A stretch of 64,000 nucleotides of DNA from Phyllosticta citribraziliensis (taxonomy: Eukaryota): the NCBI RefSeq assembly GCF_038025025.1, contig NW_027117342.1, positions 1,860,001 through 1,924,000 of the forward strand. Reading direction: 5' to 3'. Shown in pieces: positions 41,101 to 52,647 of this stretch; position 1 is the stretch's first letter; each line of letters opens with the position of its first letter. The notes beneath the pieces are model-generated. The model made no database searches. It saw nothing but the letters and a program-made list of their open reading frames with translations, and was not told where the DNA came from. The position numbers and the translations under genes are program-made.

Positions 41101-43407
41101 GAGGGCTAGGTAGAAGCTCTAGTAGACTATTATATATAAGAGATATTTTATAATTAACTCCTATATAATATAGTGGTAGCTTATTAGACTCTATTTTAGA
41201 AAATACATCTTAAAATTCCTTATAAGTAGCTAGTAGCTTAGAAGCTAATAATTCCTTAGTTTCTTTATCTTTAAGAGCTACTTAAACTTATATAAGGTTA
41301 ATAGTATAGATCTCTATTAGCGCAACTTGTATTTTATAGATAGAAAGCTTAAAAGCATCTTAAGTTTAAAATTTAATTCCCTTAATAACCTATACTAAGG
41401 GAAGAAGGCATTTATTAAAGTTTTTATCTCTATAGTCCGTATCTACTTAATGTTCTTTCTACGGTTTATTGCTTCATATGGAGACTTTTAGTAGGCGTAA
41501 AAGATGCTAAAAGGATTAGTTAACTAGTAGCTATTTCTAGACTAGTTTATATTATTTACAGTCTAGAAGAACATCGTGCTAGTTAAAAAACTATCGCCTA
41601 AGAATTATATCGTTGCGGCTAATATTATAAATAAAAGTATAAGTAGAAACTATTTAATCCTAGAAGCAGAGTTAAAGATAAAAGTAAAAATTAACTTTCT
41701 TATTTATATATTAGTTAAACCTAGTAATATTAAGCCCTTTACCTATTATTCTCTTTTTTATAGTACCTATAGACTAGAGAGTTAGTAGTAGCTTAGGGTA
41801 AATAAAACTTATACTACTAGTACTAGTATTAGCTAGGGCATAAATTTCTAAGGTACGGCTATTAGATATAATTAAGGTTTATATAGTAAAGGGTACACCT
41901 CTAATAAAGTGACTAAGATTTATATAAGAACCCTTAATATGTATTGCTCTAAGTTTAGACCTATAGTAGGAGACTTTACCTAGGTCTTATTATTTTCTAA
42001 TAAAGACTGATCTCCTTTATTTATATAGATATCTTTAGTACTTTCTTCTTTAACTAACTCTATTACCTTTATCTTAGGTTGTAGGTATTGTCTCTATAAA
42101 TAGCTAAACTGGCTGTAGCAATTATATAGTCTAATCTCTATATGGACTTCTGCTTTGCCTTTATAGGTTGTATTATATAAGGGAGCCCTAGATATAGATC
42201 GCGCCTAGATATAACTAGAAGATAAAGCACTTATACTGCCTAAGGTAGTTATCTTTACTTATTCTTATTATCTCTTCTTTACTTATTCCTTACGTGACGT
42301 GAGTATTAGTTTTCTATAGTTAGAATGGTAGTTACTAAGACTTTAAGTAATAGGGTAGGCTTATTAGAGGTACTTATAAAAGTTAATATCCCTATCTTGC
42401 TCTATAGTAACTATATAGGTTTAAAGGAGAGGATCTATTATATTATAAAAGTCCTCTTTCTACTATTCCTAGGGATGATCTATATCTAAGGCCAATTATA
42501 TAAAGTTTAATTAAAACTTCTAAAGGTCTATAGAGATATAGTATATAAGAGAGTATAACTACTTCTTTATATTCTTATATTTATATAGACTCTAGAGGAG
42601 GTTATCTAGGAATTTAAAGATATCCTTATTTAGAGTGACTTTATTAGCCTTTATATAAGAAGTAAGGAAAGGAGTTAGGTAACGTAAGACTTCTCTACTA
42701 ATATAGGAAATAATATAACCTGTAATATTCTATTTAGTCTCCTCTGCTATATCTTTAGTAAAGTGATTATAGTTTTATTTAATTTTATTTTATATAAGGA
42801 GGGTCTAGTATTTATATAAGGGGTCTTCTCTATTAGTAAGAAGAGGAGGATTAGGAACCTTACTACTTTAGTATTTCTTACTACTTAAAGATAAAGTAGA
42901 GGTTTTAGTAGTAGTTTCTCTTATATAGGTAGAAGGATCTTAAGAGAGGGTAATAGGTCTTAGGTGCTAAGCTAATAAAGAGGGCCTAATATATCCTTCC
43001 CTTAGAACTTCTCTAAGTCTATTAGTATAGTTTAAGAGTATTTACTTAAGAGCCTAGTTCTGCCTTTATATATAGTTTAGTTACTGCTACACTTAAGACT
43101 TATTTAAGGATGCAATTTTAGATTTAAATTAATTAATATCTAAGCGTAGTACCTTTATAAACACCTCTATAACTAGAGCTTAAATAGTATAAGTTGACCC
43201 TAGGTCTTAGGTATGTTCTTTTACCTCTACTACTAGGACTAAGTAGAAATTATATAGGAGAATAGGAGTAGGTCCTCTCTTATTATTATTTAATAAGTAT
43301 CTAGTATTACGCGAATCTTTAGTCCCTTTACGTAAATCTTATTAAGTTAATTAACTAGTACTAACACCTTTAGTAGTGCTAGATGTGTTAGCTTTATTCT
43401 TAGCTAT
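38156..43407 (-). pseudogene. gag-pol of B2 (ends approximate)
   Basis: CCHC knuckle (~42085-42130), protease ALADTGA (~41820-41840), RT AFIDDMLII (~40636-40665), integrase and chromodomain. Confidence 0.88.
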
Positions 43408-43703
43408 ACTATCTTTATAGTCTTCTACTTAGAATGTCCCTTAAGCAGGTTATAAATAGGACGCCTCCTAGACGTTTATATACTACCCTATAGTCTTAAC
43501 TAAAGACTTCTATAGTTAATATATACTTAATACTCCTTAGTCCTTAGATAATACTAATGCGCCTAATAAAGATGACTTAGGTTTACTAAGGAAAAGTAAC
43601 AAGTAGTCTTATATAAGACTATAGCTATACACGACGTTACTTAGGTTAAATATTATAACACCTTTATAGGTAAAGAAGTAGGATAGAGCTAAAACTTAGA
43701 ATG

Positions 43704-43714
43704 ATCTTTTATAT
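43704..43714 (-). promoter_or_regulatory. putative self-priming primer-binding site (PBS) of family B
   Basis: ATCTTTTATAT, 1 nt from the 5' LTR, is the exact reverse complement of the LTR 11-mer ATATAAAAGAT (43819-43829). Same arrangement in B1 and B3. Confidence 0.65.
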
Positions 43715-43715
43715 C

Positions 43716-44138
43716 TATTATAACTTATAGATTTCTTATTATATAGGTAAGGGCTAAAGGTAAACTGCTAGAGAATATATATATATCTTAATTAAATCTA
43801 ATAAGTTAAAAGAATAAAATATAAAAGATACTTACTACCTATATATTTCCTAGTCCTTTCTTTATACTGTTCTACCTCTTGTCCTTTATATAAGGGTCCT
43901 TAGTTATCATTAGGTGAGTTATAAAGGTAAGGTGTTAATGGGCTGTTATATAGTATCTACCTAGGGCTATAGTAGCTGGTGCCAGGCTATAGTGGCTAGT
44001 ACCAGCCTGCAGGTTTTAGCCTGAGCTGTAGTAGGCTACTACCTAAGGTGAGGCTCGTGCTTCCTATAACTATACGACGCTAGGTTTATCCGTACTGGCC
44101 CTGGTACTTATATAGGCGCGTGTATGCCTATTATAATA
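43716..44138 (-). repeat. 5' LTR of B2
   Basis: 423-bp direct repeat of 35942-36364, followed by TSD ATAGC. Confidence 0.95.
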
Positions 44139-46783
44139 ATAGCCTTAAGCTACTCTAGAGATATTCTATAGAGAGGACTTAGTAGAAGCTCTAGTAGACT
44201 ATTATATATAAGAGTTATTTTATAATTAACTCCTATATAATATAGTAGTAGCTTATTAGACTCTATTTTAAAAAACACATCTTAAAATTCCTTATAAGTA
44301 GCTAGTAGCTTAGAAGCTAGTAATTCCTTAGTTTCTTTATCTTTAAGAGCTGCTTAAACTTATATAAGGTTAATAGTATAGATCTCTATTAGTATAAGTT
44401 ATAATTTATAGATAGAAATCTTAAAAGTATCTTAATTTTAAAATTTAATTCCCTTAATAACCTATACTAAGGGAAGAAGGTGTTTATTAAATTTTTTATC
44501 TCTATAGTCTATATCTACTTAGTATTCTTTCTATGGTTCTTTACTTTATATAGAGACTTTTAGTAGGCATAAAAGATACTAAAAGGATTAGTTAACTAGT
44601 AGCTATCTCTAGACTAGTTTATATTATTTATAGTCTAGAAGAACATTATGCTGGTTAAAAAACTATTACCTAAGAATTATATTATTATAGCTAATATTAT
44701 AAATAAAAGTATAAGTAGAAACTATTTAATCTTAGAAATAGAGTTAAAGATAAAAGTAAAAATTAACTTTCTTATTTATATATTAGTTAAACCTAGTAAT
44801 ATTAAGCCCTTTACCTATTATTCTCTTTTTTATAGTACCTATAGACTAGAGAGTTAGTAGTAGCTTAGGATAAATAAAACTTATACTACTAGTACTAGTA
44901 TTAGCTAGGGTATAAATTTCTAAGGCATAGCTATTAGATATAATTAAGGTTTATATAGTAAAGGGTACACCTCTAATAAAGTAACTAAGATTTATATAAG
45001 AACCTTTAATATATATTACTCTAAGTTTAGACCTAAGGTAGGAGACTTTACCTAGGCCTTATTATTTTCTAATAAAGACTAATCTCCTTTATTTATATAG
45101 ACTTCTTCTATACTTTCTTCTTCTACTAACTCTATTACCTTTATCTCTAGTTATAGGTATTACCTCTATAAATAGCTAAACTAGCTGTAGTAATTATACA
45201 GTCTAATCTCTATATAGACTTCTACTTTACCTTTACAGGTTATATTATATAAGGGAGCCCTAGATATAGATTACATCTAGGTATAACTAGAAGATAAAGT
45301 ACTTATACTACCTAAGGTAGTTATCTTTACTTATTCTTATTATCTCTTCTTTACTTAATCCTCACGCGACGTGAGTATTAGTTTTCTATAATTAGAATAG
45401 TAGTTACTAAGACTTTAAGTAATAGGGTAGGCTTATTAAAGGTACTTATAAAAGTTAATATCCTTATCTTACTCTATAGTAACTATATAGGTTTAAAGGA
45501 GAGGATCTATTATATTATAAAAGTCCTCTTTCTACTATTCTTAGGGAAGATCTATATCTAAGGCTAATTATATAAAGTTTAATTAAAACTTCTAAAGGTC
45601 TATAGGAATATAGTATATAAGAGAGTATAACTACTTCTTTATATCCTTATATTTATATAGACTCTAGAGGAGGTTATCTAGGAATTTAAAGATATCCTTA
45701 TCTAGAGTAACTTTATTAGTCTTTATATAAGAAGTAAGAAAAGGAGTTAGGTAATATAAGACTTCTCTACTAATATAGGAAATAATATAACCTATAATGT
45801 TTTATTTAGTCTCCTCTACTATATCTTTAGTAAAGTAATCATGGTTTTATTTAATTTTATTTTATATAAGGAGGGTCTAGTATTTATATAAGGGGTCTTC
45901 TCTATTAGTAAGAAGAGGAGGATTAGGAACCTTACTACTATAGTATTTCTTACTACTTAAAGATAAAGTAGAGGTTTTAGTAGTAGTTTTCCTTATATAG
46001 TTAGGAGGAGGTTTAAGAGTAATAGGTCTTAGGTACTAAGCTAATAAAGAGGGCCTAATATATCCTTCCCTTAGAACTTCCCTAAGTCTATTAGTATAGT
46101 TTAAGAGTATTTACTTAAGAGCCTAGTTCTACCTTTATACGTAGTTTAGTTACTACTGTACTTAAGACTTGTTTAAGGATATAATCTTAGATTTAAATTA
46201 ATTAATATCTAAGCGCGGTACCTTTATAAATGCCTCTATAACTAGAGCTTAAACTGTATAAGTTAACCCTAGGTCTTAGGTATATTCTTTTACCTCTACT
46301 ACTAGGACTAAGTAGAAATTATATAGGAGAATAGGGGTAGGTCCCCTCTTATTATTATTTAATAAGTATCTAGTATTATATAAATCTTTAGTCCCTTTAC
46401 GCGAATCTTATTAAGTTAATTAACTAGTACTAATACCTTTAGTAGTACTAGATATATTAGCTTTATTCTTAGCTATACTATCTTTATAGTCTTCTACTTA
46501 GAATGTCCCTTAAGTAGGTTATAGATAGGATACCTCCTAAATATTTATATACTACCCTATAGCCTTAACTAAAGACTTCTATAGTTAATATATACTTAAT
46601 ACTCCTTAGTCCTTAGATAATACTAATGCGCCTAATAAAGATGACTTAGGTTTACTAGGGAAAAGTAATAAGTAGTCTTATATAAGACTATAGCTGTATA
46701 TAATGTTACTTAGGTTAAATATTATAATACCTTTATAGGTAAGAAGTAGGATAGAGCTAAAACTTAGAATAATCTTTTATATC

Positions 46784-47199
46784 TATTATAACTTATAGAT
46801 TTCTTATTATATAGGTAAGGGCTAAAGGTAAACTACTAGAGAATATATATATATCTTAATTAAATATAATAAGTTAAAAGAATAAAATATAAAAGATACT
46901 TACTACCTATATATTTCCTAGTCCTTTCTTTATACTATTCTACCTCTTATCCTTTATATAAGGGTCCTTAGTCATTATTAGGTAAGTTATAAAGGTGAGG
47001 TGTTAATAGGCTATTATGTAGTATCTACCTAGGGCTATAGTGGCTAGTGCTAGCCTGTAGTAGCTAGTGCCAGCCTATAGGTTTTAGCCTAAGCTGTGGC
47101 GGGCTGCTACCTGAGGTAAGGCTCAGGTTTTAGCCTAAGCTATAGCAGGCTGCTGCCTGAGGTGAGGCTTATATAGGCGCGTGTACGCCTATTATAATA
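46784..47199 (-). repeat. 5' LTR of B1
   Basis: 416-bp direct repeat of 30805-31220, followed by TSD ATATC. Confidence 0.95.
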
Positions 47200-50100
47200 A
47201 TATCTATAGTTAGTAAAGAATAGGGATATACTAATAGAGGAGTTAATATAGTTATTAAGAGTAAATTTAATATAGAGAAGCTAGAATATCTAGTTATTTT
47301 AGTAGTAGTTAATAAAGGTATAGAGGATATTCTTAATAGATTTATTAGTTACTTTAATCTAGCTATTAGTCTTAAGATACTAGGCTAAAGAGTACTTAAT
47401 TTTAATACTATAATAGTAGTAGATATAGTACTAAACTTAGATAAGTATAGTACTACTATAGTTATTAATAAATTCCTTATAGAAATCTTATATATAGAAG
47501 AGGTAATAGGTAATAGCCTTATATAAGGAGTTAACCCTATTATCTAGAAGTCCTTCTAAGATAATAGCCTTTATAAGGTAGTTAACTATAATAAGGATAT
47601 AGGAGTAGTTTTAATTAGAGAAATAAGAGCCTAGAAGGTACTTAATAAAGTTAAAGCTAATACTAGTCTAGTAGTAGGCTAGTAGTTCTAGTAGTTAAAG
47701 GAAATCTTACTTCTTTTAGTTATTAATAGAGGACTAGTAGTATTAGGTATAAGTATAGGTAAAGATTAAGTAGTTATTCTTTAGATTAGGCTAATAGTAG
47801 GAGTAGCTAATAAGTTTACTTATTAACTTATAGCTAGAGTAACTAAGGTATAGTAGAAAGTAATAAGCCTATATAATCTTAAGATATAGTTTAGAGTTAT
47901 TAGAGATAAAGAACTAGTTTCTTATAAAAAAATAGCTATCCTTAACCTTTAAGTATCCTATATAGAGGTAATAGCCCTTTTTAATAAGGAGTACTAAAAT
48001 CTTTAGATTCTAGTTCTATATAGCTATTATAAGGTATTATATATTCTTATTAATCTTATAGACTTTAGTAATAAATTCCTATAGGTAAGTAGTACTAGGG
48101 GCTTTATAGCTTTCTTCTAGTAGAGTAGTTAGTAAGGATAGAGGGGATAGATTAGAAGTAATAGAGATAGGCTAGTCTATAGTATAAGGTATAATAGAGA
48201 GGTAGAAGATAGCTAACTATAAGATAGGGTCTAGGTAGTATTATTTTAAAATAGTCTAGTATTAGTATAATTAATAGATATTAGAGTTATTTTAAGGAAG
48301 GTTTTAGGAGTATCTAATAAGAGAATTAGGTTTCTTACCCTACTTATTAGAGTAATATATAATTTTAAAGTTAAACTTAGATAGGAACTTAGCCTAGTAG
48401 GCCTATTAATAATTAAGATTCTTAATAATTATAAACTATTCTAGGTTCTTATAGTCTAAGAAGATCTTTACTAGGTTATCTAGTTCTATACTAATAGCTT
48501 TAAGGTACTAGGATTCTAGTATCTTAATAATAATAAGTAACTCCTTATTATAGATTTTATAGTTATACTTTATTAGGGATATCTTCTTAGAAAAGAAGGC
48601 TACTAGGTAAAGTTATCTATTAATAACTTAGAAGAGGACTCTAGTAATAATAAAGTTAGAAGTATCTATCTTAATCTATATTTCCTACTTAGAGTTAAAG
48701 TAGGTAAATATTAAAGTAGAAGTAAATATAGTTTTAAGAGCTTAAAAGGTATATTTATATTTAAGAGTCTAATTTAAAATAGTATAAATATAGTATTTCT
48801 TTTTTAAAGGGATAGTCTTTAGTTCCCCTTTAATAAGTTCTATAAGTAGTTAAGTAAGTAAGGAGAAATCCTTAATAAAATAGTAATAGAAATTAATAAA
48901 GCTAAGAAAGGCCTAGATATCTTTAATAAACTTTAGAATTTATTAGTCTAGTACTACTTCTATTTTTTTAGGGTCTATATAGATACTATTAATACTAATA
49001 AAAAGACTAAGGTATTTAACTTCTTTTATATAGAACTTATACTTATAGATATTAATAAAGAGCTTCTAATTAAGTAAGTAGATAATAACCTTCTAGATAT
49101 ATTCCTTATATTTCTCTAGTATCTTACTAAAGATAAGAATATTATTAAGATAGGCTATAGTCTAAAGGTTAAAATAATTCTTAAAGGAGTTATTAATATA
49201 GCTTTAGAAAGTTCTAGGAGTATTATAAAGTCTAAATAATATTATTAGGTACTTAAACTAATTATAGTAGATAATAAAGGCTATTTTCTATTTATCTCCT
49301 ATAGTAATCTAAATTCTATTAAAGATAGTAATAATATTAAGCTTTATAAAGTACTTATAGTTCTAGAGGTACTAGAGAGTCTTAGCTATATTTAGAATTA
49401 GATATTAGTTTTTAATAGTAATCTTATTAAGGCCCCTATAGTTAATATAGACCTAAAGGCCTCTACTAGGTTTTTAAATAATAAGTACTAGAGCTATAGC
49501 TAGAGAGGAGCTAGAGTAAGTATATTCTTTATATATAAGGTTATTAATATAATAGTAGATTACTTCTATCTTTTATAGGTTAAGAGATTAGTAACTATAG
49601 ATAAATAAGGGATCCTTTCTAGCTTTAAGGGTAATTTTATAATCTTTAAAGGAGTAGTTAGGTAGGGATTTAGCCTAGTCCTAATTAAAGATAGAGATAA
49701 GATTATAGAGGTAATTAGAAACTTATAATTTAAGTTTAAAAGATAAGAGCTTTAATTTTCCTTTCTTAAACTTCTTAAAGTCTTTAGAAGTAATAGTATT
49801 TATTATTATAGAGTAGAGCTAAATAGTAGAGTTAATTAAAAAGAAAATACCTAAATTATAGTCTTATTTATAGATAAGTTAGTAGAAGGATATAGTACTA
49901 ATAAGTTTTATATTAAAGACTAATTACTCTATACCTTATTATAGTAGGGGGGTATTTATAATAAGGATTTAGACTAGTTTTCCTTTAATAAGATAACTAG
50001 CTTAGAGGTAGTTCTTAAAAGAAAGAGTAACTAAGTACTACTTATAATTAATAATAATATTATACTTAGAGAGCTAGAGGTCTCCTAAGATAAGAAAAAT

Positions 50101-50422
50101 TTATAGAATAGTAATAATATAGTAGAAGACCTAGCTAATATAGTCTTCTAGTACTATATTTACTAGAGTAGTATATTTAAGAATAGAGTTAATTAATCTA
50201 TTAATATTAAGGAGCTTTATAGGTAACTAAAATAGAAATATATTAATATAATATTTATATATATAGTTCTTATTAATTATATTTACTTTAGTACTACTAT
50301 TAAGTAAGATCTTTATAGGGGAACTAACTATTAAAGAATAAAAGACTAAGTAGCCTCTAATTTAAGATTAGATAATATCTAATATTAAAATCTTATAAGA
50401 TAGTAAGCTAAGAGTTAAATCT

Positions 50423-50845
50423 TATTACGACTTATAGATTTCTTATTATATAGGTAAGGGCTAAAGGTAAACTGCTAGAGAATATATATATATCTTAATT
50501 AAATCTAATAAGTTAAAAGAATAAAATATAAAAGATACTTACTACCTATATATTTCCTAGTCCTTCCTTTATACTATTTTACCTCTTATCCTTCGCACAA
50601 GGGTCCTTAGTTATTATTAGGTAAGTTATAAAGGTAAGGTGTTAATAGGCTGTTATATAGTATCTGCCTAGGGCTATAGTGGCTGGTGCCAGGCTGTAGT
50701 AGCTAGTACTAGCCTGCGGGTTTTAGCCTGAGCTATAGTGGGCTGCTACCTGAGGTGAGGCTTATACTTCTTATAACTATATAATACTAGGTTTGTCTAT
50801 ACTAGCCCTAGTGCTTATATAGGTATATATATACCTATTATGACA
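50423..50845 (-). repeat. 3' LTR of B3
   Basis: Ends ...TGACA, followed by the polypurine tract C-run. Confidence 0.95.
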
Positions 50846-51063
50846 TGCCCCCCCTAAAGAGAAGCTGAAATTATAGGAATTAGTAGCTATAGGCGCTCGT
50901 ATAGGTGTAGACTTATAATGTATAATAGTAGTAATTTAGCAATTTAAGCATTCTATATAGTTATAAAGTATAATTATTAGTCTAGGTCTACTACTATACT
51001 ATCTCTTTCTATTACTATCTCTTTTACTGCGCGACCTATAGAAGGTTGCTATCTTGCTTAGCT

Positions 51064-52533
51064 ATATCTAAAGCTCCCTATTAAAGTACATTGTTGCCCT
51101 AGTCTAATTTAGCTATAATCTGGTAAATTAACTGTTGCGCGTAAAGGTTCTAATAATTTAAATAATTTATACCCTACTAATAGTAAAGTAGACATTTCTA
51201 GCTACTATATACTTAATGTATCTACTACTTATTATAGTCTAGTCTATTAGGACTCATTACTATCGCGTAAGAGTTATAGTATTAAGTTATTATTACATGG
51301 CGTTATTTATAATCTGTTATAGTTACTACTTACTTAGAGGGCTATTTTAGCTAGTAGTATCTATAAGGACTATTATATAGAGTCCTAAGGTAAGTAAACT
51401 TTAATTCTATCTCTAACTATTACTAATTATTATCTAGGCTGTTAAGTAGTATTATATATCTAGGTTTTACTACTTTATTATCCCGTCTTGCTGACTGATA
51501 TAATTGTAGAGGAGGACACTTATATAAAGACTTAGTTAGGCTAGGCTTTACTTATTTAGCTAGGAATAGCTATAGGCTTATTGCTTTACCTATAGCATAC
51601 TATAGTATTAGGTTCTACTTAATTAGTATTATTAGTTGTCGCGTAAGGTTCATTATCTATAGCTATATAGCCTGCTACTAACTAGTACATTACGCTATAT
51701 CGCTGCCGGTTTACTGTCGCGCAGCCTATTTTAGAGGAAGAAGGTAAAGAGCCTACTTATATATACTATTATTATAATCCTATAGCTTATTAGGTTCTAG
51801 CAGCTAAGTACTTACTGCCTGCTACTTTATATAATAGTAGTAATAGTAAGATTTATATTGCAGCATTACTAGTTAGCTCTAATAAGGCGCCTATTAAGTA
51901 GGACTTTAAGTTAATACTTTACATCTCTTATAAGAATATAGAGAGTGTCGCGCGAGTAAGTTTATCTTACTAATATAAGGGATTCTTATCTAACTAACTA
52001 TATAGGTGCGCCTTAGTAGTTCTAAAGTATAAGAGTGCGCTAAGTGTATCTTAGCCTTAAGTAACAGCATGCCTTACTCATATATTATAGTTTCTACTTA
52101 GCAATTTAACTACTTATTAGTTAAAACTTAAGCCAGCTCGCGCGATGCTTTTCTTATCTAGTATACTAGAATTAATAACCCTATTAGCTATACTAAGTGT
52201 TATAATAATACTAATACTCGCGCGTTTATTAGTTATTACTACCTGCCTAGTTTCTTATAGGGCTGCTGCGCCAACTGCCTTTAGGGTATAGGCAACCTTA
52301 ACTATACTATAAGTAACTTAAAGGGTGCCAAGCCGCCTGCTTATTATAAGAGGCATAAAGACGAAATTTATATAGAGGAGTTCTAGAACTTATACTACTA
52401 AGCCAGGTTAGAGGATTAAACTAATTAGGCTTTAGCTAAGTAGGACATCCTACCTAATAAGCTAGAGGATCTAGAGGAGATAGTCTTATATAATAACTAT
52501 TATAATAAGAAGAAGGGAAAAGGAAAGAAGTAA
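51064..52533 (+). pseudogene. antisense accessory gene of B3
   Basis: Collinear with B1/B2. The only length difference found is a 3-nt deletion inside intron 2. Ends KKKGKGKK-stop. Confidence 0.8.
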
Positions 52534-52647
52534 AGGGTAGAAATTAAAGAAGAGGATAGTAGGGAATAAGTAGTAAAAAGGAGAGACTAGAGAGTAGAAG
52601 TTAAGATTAATAGTATTTATATAAGGGTAGATAGTAAACTAATCAGT

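Larger units (their letters stand above)
35942..44138 (-). mobile_element. chromovirus family B, copy B2 (8197 bp, uninterrupted), nested in the pol of B1
   Basis: 423-bp LTRs 35942-36364 (intact TGTCAC...GTGACA) and 43716-44138. TSD ATAGC (35937-41 / 44139-43). Confidence 0.96.
33026..46476 (-). pseudogene. gag-pol of B1 (split by B2 at 35942-44143; ends approximate)
   Basis: RT YLDDFxMAFxDDMLII (~35515-35555), RNase H ETDASD (~35070), chromodomain EWEVDHI...LQYQVKWTGY (~33200-33325); collinear with B2 and B3. Confidence 0.85.
30805..47199 (-). mobile_element. Ty3/Gypsy chromovirus family B, copy B1 (8193 bp own sequence), inserted in the integrase of A and interrupted by B2
   Basis: 416-bp LTRs 30805-31220 and 46784-47199. 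TSD ATATC (30800-04 / 47200-04). Polypurine tract seen as TGCCCCCCCT at 31221. Confidence 0.95.

Noticed and set aside
41576..41785. 69-aa ORF MLVKKL... repeated at 44648 and 55894
   Set aside because: Antisense shadow of the protease-RT linker of family B pol. It recurs only because the element does, and its I/K/N/L/Y composition is typical of RIP-mutated DNA.
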